DNA of 61,855 nt, counting the filler, from Platydemus manokwari (taxonomy: Eukaryota), in the NCBI GenBank assembly GCA_037951405.1. It is 6 parts of 6 records of this genome, joined end to end, with 100 filler letters (N's around TTAATTAATTAA, not from the genome) between each part and the next. Parts side by side here need not be neighbours in the genome. Positions count along the whole stretch, not along the records: positions 19,188 to 28,237 come from JBBMOY011307317.1; positions 28,338 to 39,698 come from JBBMOY010735537.1; 4 more parts are not named here. One strand, 5' to 3'. Shown here piece after piece: positions 25,620 through 37,610 of the stretch. Position 1 is the first letter of the stretch. Each line of letters starts with the position of its first letter. A program made the translations under genes and the position numbers. The notes beneath the pieces were generated by a model. It saw nothing but the letters and a program-made list of their open reading frames with translations, was not told where the DNA came from and searched no databases.

Positions 25620-27272
25620 TTATCGATTTTAGAATATGATTCTAGATCGCTCTCCCAGTTATGAAACTGATCATAAGCAAGTTCTTGATTACATGACGAA
25701 ACAATATTCTAACTTCCGATATGAAATTATAAGATCGCTTAATATGGTCGGCACTAATTGTGCCTAATTGTGGCTATTGCCTTATTGATGAGTCACTCGT
25801 GGAAATTCTCCACTATTATTTTCTGAAGTGTTCTTCAAGTTTAGCAGCAGTATTGTGCTCTGCATCTTCATAGCTGCTTTTTGCAATTGGAAACTTGGAA
25901 GATATCAGACATTACAGTAAGTCAGACATTTTGCTGTAGATCTCGACAGTCACGAATGACTGCCTCAAAAGAAGTCAGAGTACTCATAATTAGCCGGTAG
26001 GGAACAGATACATATTTAGGTACAGCTCTCAGCTCGTTATGTTTATCAGTACTGTGAGGCAACATCGCAGCTTCTTTAACTTGATTGTAGCTTCGATTTT
26101 TTCGATTTCAGTATCGATGAACGAGATTTAATTGTCTAGATATACAGTCTCAAACCAAGAGTTCCATCTTGCAATGAGTGGCGTTGGCGATATGAATGGC
26201 TTTTGCAACTTGCATTTGTCGCAGATGTGGCTTTGGCAACATAAGCAGCCATTATATCACAGAGTAGTAGTGTTTCACGAAATTCATTCCCAACTTATGA
26301 CAGAATATGAGCCCAATATGCGATGTGAAGAGGATTTATCAGTATTCCTGGTAAGCTGTGAACAAAACAGTTTTTCTTATAAGTTGCTACAATGTCATTG
26401 GAGCGCGCTTTAACAGTAGTCAGAGTACAGATAATTAAATGTGAGATACCGGCACTGTTTATTTCGGTTAAAAATGTGTGTTCACTGACATTACTGTGCA
26501 TTCATCTAATTTAAAGGTATTATGTGCTGTTTAAAGAGCACATTTACAGCATAACATCGAACAACATTCCTTGTTTAATCACCGATAACGACTACTTTCT
26601 GTCCGATTAGCTTTGATATTACATAAGCCTGTTGTTCGCTGAAAATTCTTGTAACGTATTAGCTCACGGTTTGCCGTTACCGCCTTTCAGGTTCTTCGGC
26701 ACAAAACTACGCATGATAGAATTGTCAATGCTTCAATCAGTTCCATTACTAACGTATCTTTGACAGTAATTGCACCAGTTGATCGTTCAATTCACCTTTT
26801 GCTGTTTGTGGATTCATTAATGACCTCATGTTGTCGTTAGATTTTACGTTTTTTGTGCTTTTTTGTCCTCAGATAATCAGTTATAACATGTCGTCTAATA
26901 CGATCAAAAGGTTCGTTAAATGCTTTGCATTACAGTAAACCACTTTTAATTTATCCTGTCCGAATTCTTTAACTCGCTGTTCTCATCCAATATTCATTGA
27001 GGTTTTATTGCGATGCTTGTTGATGCTATTGGCCACACTCTAAGATTATTTTACGATATTTCAAAAACCTAATTGACTGTAAAGTACAAGACAGGTCATA
27101 TTGTTAACACGAGTATTACCAATGCTATAAATAGATTTAAATATATGATTTTTATTCTTCACAAAAAAGTAATCAACACAAATCCTTAAATAGTGACATT
27201 ATATTCAGATTTGGAATTTTTAGCAGCAAAGCCGTAAATTTCGTAAGTCCCGGTAAATCGTGGATCCTACTG
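25620..27272 (-). mobile_element. Decayed hAT DNA transposon with CGGBP1-like BED zinc-finger transposase
   Basis: Minus strand: QRVKEFGQD...YC and FDRIRRHVITDYLRTKKHKKRK (CGGBP1-like BED finger), HIAYWAHILS (CxxH motif region), PTPLIARWNSWFE (TRW motif), VPTILSDL (dimerisation region). Candidate terminus cagtaggatccacgatttaccggg at 27272. Multiple stops and frameshifts. Confidence 0.8.
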
Positions 27273-28039
27273 ATAACTCCTTTGAAAACAAGGAACATAT
27301 ACTATTTAGTCAATATCTCAGCAAACTTGAGTCGGGTTTGTTACATTTAAGTAAACGTGTTGTTAAAAGTCTTAAAATTGGATTTTTCGCAGTTCCTCTT
27401 TAGTGATCAGCTATTGGCCAATCAATTAAATTAACGGTGTATGTAATCAATCAAATGTCTATTTACGTTGTAGCTAAATAAGAAAATAACCCATCATTCA
27501 AATAATCAAAACACAGTTATAAAAATGTGCTACTGATTACAGCAATAATTGTCCAATTAAACACGCATCTGTTAACTCAAGATTCAAGGCTTTATTTAAC
27601 AATGGATTGGTCTGCCTTTTCAATGTGAAAAGGCCCTGCTTAACTCAAATTATTTTAATTTATGTGATAAAGTTTAAAATATGAATTGAACAGATGATCA
27701 TTCGAGCCCGATATTCACTTATATTCCCCTGGTTATACAAACACAATAAACCTATTGATTCCAAGAGTATTCACATATAGAAGGAGGAGGAACCAAGTTT
27801 CATTTCACATTTCTATCACTAGTTCCAAAATTGTGGTGTCTTTCTGACTCTTTTGCCTGGTTTATTATAATAGTTTTAAACGCCATAGTTTCTTCCTTTT
27901 TATCATTCTTATATTACTGACCAATCATATTTTATTTTATTTTCAGATGTAATCTTGCTTTATTTATTGTTATCCGCCAATATTTTAATGTCCTGTTCGT
28001 TAATGTTTGATTTAATTTCTTGTTTTATTTAATTGCCGT

Positions 28040-28195
28040 ACAAGTTTTAATCTTATATTATTTATAATTATAATTTTATATTATTTTATTATTTATATTT
28101 ATAATTTTATTATTTATATTTATAATTTTATTATTTATAATTATAATTTTATATTATTTCATTATTTATAATTATGATTTTATATTATTGCATGA
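28040..28195. repeat. AT-rich minisatellite (ttataattttatattatttt-like)
   Basis: Several imperfect tandem units next to a contig end. Confidence 0.75.
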
Positions 28196-28237
28196 TACTG
28201 AGTTATATGATATCGTAGATGATAAGGTTTCAGGGTT

Positions 28238-28337
28238 NNNNNNNNNNNNNNNNNNNNNNNNNNNNNNNNNNNNNNNNNNNNTTAATTAATTAANNNNNNN
28301 NNNNNNNNNNNNNNNNNNNNNNNNNNNNNNNNNNNNN
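28238..28337. other. Artificial assembly spacer
   Basis: N44-TTAATTAATTAA-N44. Confidence 0.97.
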
Positions 28338-29123
28338 CTGCAAATGGAAAATATTTTGATTGAATTTCATTAAATAAATATTTTAAAAAATGTTTTTGTT
28401 TTTTTAAAAAAAAAGCCGGAATCATACTAATACACCTAATATGAGTCTAAATAGAATATATGTATGGAAATAGAAATAATATTCTTTGTGAAAAACAAAT
28501 CTTTCACATGGTTCCTATTGCCATTCTTATATAAGCCTTCATGATGTGTGTGGTCAAAGACATTTTAGCAATTTTATACATATCGATTAATGGCGGACGT
28601 CACGTATCAGCCATGCATTTTTACTAGAAAGTAAATCTATGAAGTATTTGAATAACGATTTGATGTTTTACTTATGTTTTTAAGTTAAAACTCATTTACG
28701 AGATAATTTTCATAGATTTCCGATGTAACGTTTTTCATTTGATCGATTTATCTTTGGAATAACTTTTTCCATTTATATTTATCGATAGAATAAACAATGG
28801 ACATTGTTAATCGATCGGAATTATATTCCATTCATTTTTTATCATTCAACATTCATCTAAAACATTCATTATCGAAATCAGTCACAGCAATGTGAAACAA
28901 AATTAAATTTTTTGTATTGATTGACGTACTGAAAATGAATGGTGAATGCGGGGTATCATAAATCGTCAGTAGAGGTTTTGACTATAAAAATTCTTTTGTT
29001 TTTCTTATATTATTATTGGTGTACTTTTTTTAATTATCGTGATGGGTCTATGTTAAGCTAGTTGCATTTCTGTAAATTTGTTCTCATAAAAGAGGTTTAA
29101 GAATATTTTTTTCTGATTTTGAA

Positions 29124-30080
29124 ATGCTTATTTTGATACTGGGGCTCTTTGGTGTTACTCATTTAGCTGAAATAGGTTATTTCATTTATTGTTTTCTTTT
29201 GATATTTATTTACTTTTAGGTAAACTCTTGTCAAGGAATGAGCCGACATTTGCATTAAATATTTACTACAGTTTCTATAATGTGTCTCCTTCAAATGCCG
29301 TTGATGGGAATTACAATGGTGACTTGAAAACCAGTTAGTTATGTTTTGTAATTGTATCAAATTTTATAAAGATTTTGCTAGATACTTGTTACCACAGTAA
29401 TGAAGCTCATGATGACAAATGGTGGCTTGTCGTACTGAAAAGTATTCATGACATTTTAATGATTCGAATCTATGCTCGAACAGATTGCTGCAGTTTGTGC
29501 ACTTCCGTTTTATATTATTAATCATATCGACATTCTTAAGCTCAAAGAGCAAGTTTACTGTCATTTTATGCTAGTTTGGATTTCCAAAACAGATACATCA
29601 AAGATTCATCTAAATTCTTCAAGGTTGGATATTATCAGGGTGACGTGCAATCTCCAGAAAGTATAATCAGTGTAAATCTAACCGGAATTGTAAAATTTTA
29701 AACTCATCTACTTTTAATCTTAATTTAATAATTTAAACGCTCAGGTTGCCAGAACAATAGTTATATCTAAGCCTTCTGACGCTGAATCGATGAATTTTTG
29801 TGAAGTTGAAATATTCGAAGCTCGATATGTAAAATCCAATCCGTCAGTGTGTAAGTATTGTCAATTTTCATTTTGAATCAACATAATGTTCTTAGTTACC
29901 TTCCATGAAGCACCTGTTCCATACAAGAACATTACTGCGTTGCAAGTTATTGAGAATATTTCTCATCTGGAATGTGGCATGAATTGTTTTATCATCTCTG
30001 AATGCGTTTCTTTTACAATGGAACCAGATAGTCGCTGCTATCTTTACAACAATGCTGGTGGATTATACTGTTTGAATTAA
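29124..30080 (+). CDS. Secreted F-type lectin (fucolectin) plus PAN/Apple domain protein, 6 exons
   Basis: Exons 29124-29175, 29220-29333, 29382-29492, 29541-29689, 29745-29850, 29896-30080; all GT-AG and in frame, introns 44-55 bp. Signal peptide MLILILGLFGVTHLA; SNAVDGN (Ca motif); TCYHS...KWWLV...YARTDCCTQR (H..RxDxxxxR fucose-binding motif); MNFCEVEIF; then SHLECGMNCFIISECVSFTM...RCYLY (PAN). Confidence 0.88.
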
Positions 30081-30329
30081 TCCAATGCGATATTCACAAA
30101 TGACATTTGCAATAGATTTACTAACGTAGCGATTAGGAGCAGATTGTATCAATTGTCTCTATATTCGATATTTCTAGGACAATAATTTTGGATTCTAAAA
30201 TATTGATGTGAATTGCTTTTTTGTTTGTAACAGTGCAAAAGTTGATATCGGGTAATATTGATTATAAGGGGAATTATTAACAATCATAGTAACAATCATA
30301 GCTATGAAGCTAGAAGCAATTTGAAGCTA

Positions 30330-31150
30330 ACTAAGCTGCCAATGAGAAATAAATTGTTAATCCATTGTTATTCAAACCGATTTAATAAACACTGGTTGAA
30401 GAATATTCCAAAAAATTTAACCACACATTTAAGGAGTTTTATATTTAATTGACTTAAAATTCGATAAAAATTAATATCAATATAATATGTTTTTTATCGA
30501 TTATTTTCTGAAAATAATCGTACATAACATAAATACAGTTTCATAACTAATGTCTGGCAAATTCATAACGCATGTGCTGGTACTGAGTGTCTTCTATTTG
30601 ACTGAAATTACCCAAATTGTTCCTTTTTCATTGATAAATCCATCGATATTTAGCCATTCATATTTATTAGCATATCAGCTATTGATTAAATCCAATGTCA
30701 TTCTTAAACATGAACCGATTAATTGAATTTCCTTATCCATAATCAATTTTCCATCTATTAAAGGACATCTTTAAACGACTTTACGAAATAGTCCTTGTTG
30801 AACTTCGTAGTGATAGCAAAATGATCCGCTTGGTCGATAATAATCTGGACAATACAGATTCTCTTGAATGATGAGAATAAAGTTAACAATAAGAAATAAT
30901 CAATCATGTCAAATAGTATTTTCATGTCGTAAATGATTTCATCCAATGAGAATTACTTAATCAATAAAATGTTAAATTTTAATATTGATGGCAGTTTTCG
31001 GATTATCCATATAAAATGCTTGCAAAAATTAAATTTAAAAAATAACTTGAATTGTCATTTAGTAGCATAATTTATACTCAAACGATAAACGGCACAAGAC
31101 ATAAAGAAATTTTAAATAGCAATAATAAAAATAAAAATAATAGATCGAAT
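30330..31150 (-). pseudogene. Decayed paralogue of the C-type lectin-PAN gene
   Basis: Minus strand fragments YKLCY, NFCKHF, IDGKLIMDKEIQLIGSCL, NDIGF, YEWLNIDG, GNFSQIED match intact-gene RSLCY, PFCKAF, IKGRLAMDTEIPVIRSCL, DDIGF, TGWLNTDG, GDYNNKED; frameshifts and an apparent insertion at about 30760-31000. Confidence 0.7.
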
Positions 31151-31199
31151 CCAGTTGCCTAACAAGCAGTAGTATCTAGCAGAATCTGGAATCTCCCTA

Positions 31200-31620
31200 A
31201 GTTTTAATTTGTTTTTGATAGATTATTCGGGATTTTAGTTGTTTGTGTTAAAATGTGTTGTTTATCATTGACTGCTTCCATATTTTTTATATAAGGTGCC
31301 AAAATCAATTTAAACTCGTCCTGGAGAAAACCAGGTTAATAAAACAGTAGGTTCAAAATCATTTTTTAAATTATTTTAAAGTAAGAGAAGACGCTCCTAA
31401 CTCGTGAAGGTATTTTTTGTTACTCTTAATATTTTTTTAGATTTATCTCGGGTGAATTTGAATCGTGCTAGCGCCTGTTTCGAGAAACTTGCTAATATCT
31501 GCAATTGATGGAGCTGGAAATCGATACTGTCATTAGAACTTAAGAGATTAAGAAGCCATCTATTCTTCGCTCAATGAGTGCAAGAATCGTTCTGTTTTGT
31601 AATAAAGTTTTAGTGTTCAG
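31200..31620 (-). mobile_element. Possible non-LTR retrotransposon (LINE) fragment
   Basis: Minus strand RRIDGFLIS (APE endonuclease C-terminal SRIDxFLIS-like) and FWHLI*KIWKQ (RT domain 0-like). Confidence 0.3.
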
Positions 31621-33859
31621 GGTTTAATTGATTTATTTATTTACTTTAATTTGAAGATCGTGTTAAAGTCGATGATTTTAACTATAAATTAAGAGATTCT
31701 CTTTAATCCCGTCATAATTAACAGTAAATTATAATAAATTATTTCAAATATTAAATTTGTTTGGTAATTTTCACCTTTTGTACACAAAAAACTGAAAAAG
31801 ACAAAACATTATTCCTAAGCTTTTTTAAAAATAAAATAATTTTATCATTAATAGAATAAATATCGATTTTTCAAGCATATTATTAAGAGAATCATTAAGC
31901 ACATCATTATTGGTTTCCCCAGTTCCTTGAGATACTATTTTCAAGATATTAAGAATTGTAATGACACTCTTGTGTTTTGATATTATATTCAATAAAATAG
32001 CTCTTCTCAAAAAATCAAATTGGTAAAAATTAATGTAATGATTATTGTAACCGTTACTAAACATGTAATTAATACTGTCACGGATTTTAAATTTTTTGTG
32101 CTTTTTTCTAAGTCAGAATCAAACATTTACTTCTTCTAAACATTAAACTTATATTAGTTTTCAAGCTAATAATCACAATGAAGATTTTATATATTTTATT
32201 AATTGGAACATGAGCTATGATGAGAGTCTATTATTTGAATATCAAAAGTAATGGGCTTAATATACTTGCTCTATCTATGATCTTTTAAAATTCTCGCTTG
32301 CCAAACAGTCTTATATGTTTCTCTGTTAAATAGATGTGATTATCTTTGATATTTTAGTTATCAAATTTACATATTATTATATTTCAAGAGTCTCGATATT
32401 ATTCGACTTTTCCTTTGTTTGAAACCATGTTATAAGTCTTGTAATATTGATACTGGCACATACTTTGGCTTTCAACAAAACAAATCACAATCCTAATCCT
32501 TTATACATAATTATCTTTTAAATGTTTGTGAAATTGTTTTAAAATAATTAAATTTTCACATCTGTGGAATTTATAAGAAAAAAGAAACTTCCCTTTCCCG
32601 TTATTTTTGAAATCCTTTTTAGCCAATTAATTCTTCGAGGTTTTGTCTGTCCTTAGAAATCAAGAATCACTTGATGTGGGCTTAAAAATTTCAAAATTCT
32701 GTGATTTATTTTAAAATTTATAATGTTCTCCGTTTATGTTCCTATTTCAATTGTTCCCATTTTTTTGTAATTTTACAAACTTAATTCAATTCAACGCAGA
32801 TGTTTGAACAGTAATCAAAACTGATTATATATTCATGTGCGATGATCAATCAATTTTCAATAGATGACAGAAATTTTGTATATCCGATAATATTGATTAT
32901 AACTCACACTTTTCATGTCAGATGAAGCTCCAACACTTTCTCTAAATGTTTCTTGTTGAAGAATTGTATTTAAACAATCACTTCTACATAGATGTTATGA
33001 ATGGTCTCTGAAGTATGTTTATTTTGTGTGTGAGTTTTGCTGAGATCTTTATTTAAATTACCTTTTTAAGTAAATCCATATCGCGTTGTTGCTTGGTTAT
33101 TTTATGGTTTTTACTATGTCATTGAATTTTGTTAAGAAAAACTTTGATCTGAGGAACCTTTTTTCAAAAACAACAAAGTAAGCTCATTAGGATTTGTCCT
33201 ATTTCCGGGGGTTTTCCTCCCAGAATTTGTTCTTTCCGTTTCGTTTATTTATTGTTTGGGAATAGTGATTGTCTTAAAATGTGATGGTTTCAAAGAATTC
33301 GAGAAATTTTTAATAATGATTTCTTTCTGCCTCTGACAACATTTTGTAAAATATCTTGAATTCAAAGATAGTTCTTCGTGGTTTATGAAACAATATAAAA
33401 TGTGACGATAATTTAACAGTTAACCGTTGAACAGTAACATTACAAATCAATAAATATAAAATAGAAGATGGTTTGAGTTTCGTTAGTTCGGTTTTTGATT
33501 GAAAATCTAATTCAGTTATAATTAGTATTGAATTTCAAAAAAATTTATAATTTAGATCGTATGTGTTAAAAATAGTGTTTTACAACTGTAAGACGCTTCT
33601 ATTTTATAAAGCTCGCATTGAAAACTAACTGAGAAGTCACGACAAAAATTATATCTAAATACAATTATTTTAACAAATGATTTTATCAAATATTTTAAAT
33701 TATTTTTTTAAAAATCATCATCATCTGTATTTAAATTTCCTCATAAGCACAGAGATTTTATTGATAAAATTTATGAAAAAGATGAATATGTGTTGTTAAT
33801 TTTATTTTGCAAAGTATTGTCAGAGATAGAAAAATATCCATATCCAGATCATTGAAATT

Positions 33860-34050
33860 TTTCATGTGGTTTTACTAAAATCGAATAAATTTTCAATCCA
33901 CCGATATAAGGACCAATTTAATAAACACTTATTGGATAATATATTCAATAAATTCAACAACACATTCAAGGATTTAATGTTAATCTTAATCAGTACAGGT
34001 TTTTATCTAAAAGATTTACAATTCGATATAAATTTTAACCATTTTTTAAT
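33860..34050 (-). pseudogene. Diverged duplicate of 30330-30480, possibly the 3' remnant of another lectin-PAN paralogue
   Basis: aataaattttcaatccaccg...atttaataaacacttattggataata...aacaacacattcaagga aligns to aataaattgttaatccattg...atttaataaacactggttgaagaata...aaccacacatttaagga. Confidence 0.45.
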
Positions 34051-35496
34051 TTATTGATTATTTTAAAAATATTAAAAAAATTTATAATCTGGTGTTTTTG
34101 TAATCAATTTTTTTAATTATCTTTTTGGACGATATATTGCAGGATATTTCATCACATTTTTCTGGGAATATTCATTCAAAAGCTGGTTAACTGAAAATTA
34201 TTTATCCCTGCCTAACAAATGAGTTTTATCAATATTAGATATGATTTATTAAAATCGGTCAAGAATTTAATTTATTTTCCACGAGCTATTTTAGCAAAAT
34301 CGATAAGATAAAATCTGTTTTAAATAAAAAAGCTAAAAATTTTAAAAAATAATCTTTTGTGTTTTTCTTCAAAAATAACTTCAATTTTTTATGAGAAAGA
34401 ACCCTGCTTCTGTGGACAATTTAAGTGAATCGTGTGTATCCAACTAAGAATCACAGTATGGCATTTAAAAGTAAATAATAATCAATAAAGGGACATTAAA
34501 ATTGAAAACAATTCCTAATCAACAACAGTTGACTTTATGGTCCACATCCGGTCATTGCAGGTTACCTTTGCGCTGCTGATTTTTACAGAAACTGTTTTCA
34601 ATGATTTGTGGACAACACAATGACGAATTAAGAGTAATTTTGCAAAACGAATTGTAGATTTATCTTGGACTGTTATTGTGTTATTAAGTTTGTCAATGCA
34701 AAATAAAGAAAATATTTAACAGTAACGCAACCTAACTATTCTACTGTACACCGATTTATAACATTCATTGATTCATAGAAACTACTTCGCATAAGCAAAA
34801 CCGGTAACAAAGTTTCAAACTCAGTTTACAGATTTCTATTTAACTTTCAAATTGGCTTATTATCTATTTTATTATCGAATTCCGATATTATCAATTCTTA
34901 ATGTTTGGAATAAACATTGAAAAATAATCGTTAATATTTCATGTCACGAAATATTGTCACAGTAGGGTTCATAAATAAATTACCATCGATCAGATAATTC
35001 TGAAATTCTACCAATGATAACCCTCCATCTGTGAGCTATAGCATTACAAGTATCGGATAAAATATCGCTAATACTATAATCGCCAAAATATTGATTATTC
35101 TTTATCAATAATTCTCAAAATTAATCTATTTTTATGTTCTGGAATTGTTTACGTTCCCAATTTGTTTAAGTGGTCATTATAAATTTAACTCAACTCAGCT
35201 TAATTTAATCAGAAAACAAATTATTTTTTAATATCATTTATAAAAATACAAGCATTGTCATCCAATTGATTTCTATAAATGTCATTTATTGATTCTATAA
35301 GTGTGAAGAAATGAAAAAATTGTTTTCCTTTTATCATCTATAATTGATAAAAATAAAAATCGAAAGTGAAATTTGATTCCATGTTTGATTTTATAAGCCT
35401 ATGCAAATTTCAAAATATAGAGCCTTTTATTTCGTCTTTCAAATTCAAAAAAATGAATACAATCACGTGATGAATAGAATATGTTAATAGTAGTTT

Positions 35497-36263
35497 TCAG
35501 TTAATAGTAGTGTGATATCCTTCCAATACTCCTTTACTGCTTTTCCAATTACTGGGGAGAGTGCTAATAGCATATAAAACCAAAACACATTGCTTTGCTG
35601 CATTATTATAGTAAAATAATCTGCAATTATCAACTTGAAGACATCTACATATAAATATTAATAAAATTATATAATTGAATAAATGACGTACAGCGCTCCA
35701 CAATGCAATTTACTTTTCGAATTGATTTTTTTATAACAACCAATTTCTAAATCATTATTAAAAATGATATCCATATTGATTTTAAATGTTTTTGTATTGA
35801 GGTTCAAAAAAGTATTATTAACACAGATAATGTCAGATTTCAATTCACATGTACAATCCATTAGTCCGTCTTTCGAACTGATTGTACAGTCTTCTTTATT
35901 ATTATAATCACCTAGTTCACCAGTTTTCCAAAAAGTTTTATTTCCGATTAATGAACCATCGGTATTTAGCCATCCAGTTCTATTCTTGTATCGTTCATTG
36001 AACAAATCCGTTATTCCTGTCACAAATCCAATGTCATCTTTTAAGCATGACCTTATTACTGGTATTTCTGTATCCATTGCCAATCTTCCTTTTATTGAAG
36101 AACATTTTTCAAAAGCTTTACAAAATGGTTGTTGTTCAACTACATGGCGATAACAAAGTGATCTACATTGTTTATAATCAATTGGGCATTGGTGTCCTTC
36201 TGATTGATCAGAATAAAGTAACAATAAAACATAAAAAATTATCATATTCAAAATGACTGGCAT
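35497..36263 (-). CDS. Secreted C-type lectin plus PAN/Apple-like domain protein, 2 exons
   Basis: Exon 1 35692-36263, 47-bp GT-AG intron, exon 2 35497-35644. Signal peptide; CPIDYKQCRSLCY, AFEKCSSIKGRLA, TGITD, GWLNTDGS, WKTGELGDYNNKEDC, LMDCTC...IIC (CTLD); SKLHCGALCLQVDNCRLFYYNNAAKQCVL (PAN). Confidence 0.9.
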
Positions 36264-37014
36264 TGGATTGAATTTTCATAATATTGATGATTTCATCCAA
36301 TGATAATCGCTAACCAATAAAATATTTTCTTCATAAATATTATTGATTGAGGCATGTTCACAAGTTGCGTTCTTGAACTTTTTGTAATGCAAAATCAATT
36401 ATTTTATTAACAATATTTATTAACCAGTGATAGGCTTATAAAAATCAATTTAAAATAATGATGTCATGCATGACAAAATGCAGAACAATAGCGATCGATT
36501 AACGATATTTGAAAAATAATGATAACATTTATCCCCACATGTGCTTTCAGTAATTGATTTGATTTCATGCTAGTAACTACTGTGATTTGCTGGTCGATAT
36601 CCGCGAATCATTCACACAATGGGCATCGTTATTTATAAAAAATTATATTTTTAGTACTGCCAGCTTTATTAATTTTACCGATTTTTCAATAAATTTTCAA
36701 AATCTCAAATGAATCATTCTGATTTATTTTAACGCGGTTCACGCTGATCGGCTTGAGATTTGACACTCGGTATAGAGCGGTCATTTATTTTTTATTATAT
36801 TGCGCGATTTTTAAATTTTAATTTGTAATGATCGGCTAATCAATATTGTCGTAGCTCGACAAGAACATATACGTGCAATTTCATATGAGAATCAATATGA
36901 GAATTCCATCTTGATTGAATAACTACTACTTTTCTCAGAAAAGATATCTTTGACATTATTTAAGCAAAAATTCAATTTCTCATGTATTGATTTATCAGAT
37001 ATAGAAATCGATTT

Positions 37015-37284
37015 AGCACGAAACTCACTGAAATATTTACTCAGCTTTTAATTACAAATAAAATGGCTAGGAAAATCTCAAGTGAATCGATCCAAAAACA
37101 AATTCAGCGAATTGAAAACGAAGATCAATGACATCAAGCAGACACATCTGATAAGATTATAAAAGTGGTTGAGTTTCACGGATTTCCTGCCAGTCTTTTT
37201 TGGTGGGTAACTTTAGTGCTTAGCGTATGTGTGATTTTATTAATCTGTGTTTGACTTTCGGGCGCTGATCACATCTTGAGTGAT
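37015..37284 (+). repeat. Unclassified dispersed repeat, copy 2 (homologous to 6477-6780 minus)
   Basis: KSQVNRSKNKFSELKTKINDIKQ vs KLKVNRCKNEFSQLKPKIHDIKH, with a gtaa(c/g) donor-like site at the same position. Confidence 0.75.
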
Positions 37285-37489
37285 TTTCTTTGTGAATTGA
37301 GTAGAGATTTGTTATTGATATTATTGAGACTTTGAGTGTATTATTTGGGTTAATATAGATTTGCAGGTTCAAATTGTTGTTTGATAACGCAACATTATAT
37401 TTTCATCAATTGATCTTGTTTCTGACTGTCTTTGTATGTCTTTTAAATTCATCAGTATATTTCACATTATGATTTCATTGTAGTTACCA

Positions 37490-37610
37490 CTTTTTGGACT
37501 GAGTTCTCTTCATGATTTCTAGACTTTGACCTGTAGCATTCACTCATCATATGTCCTCTACTTCTATATGAAACCAGCACTGAAAGCAGTGTCATTGCTT
37601 TCTCAACATT
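37490..37610 (-). mobile_element. Possible Gag CCHC zinc-knuckle remnant
   Basis: Minus strand CFQC / RSRGHMMSECYRSK across a frameshift (CX2CX4HX4C-like). Confidence 0.3.
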
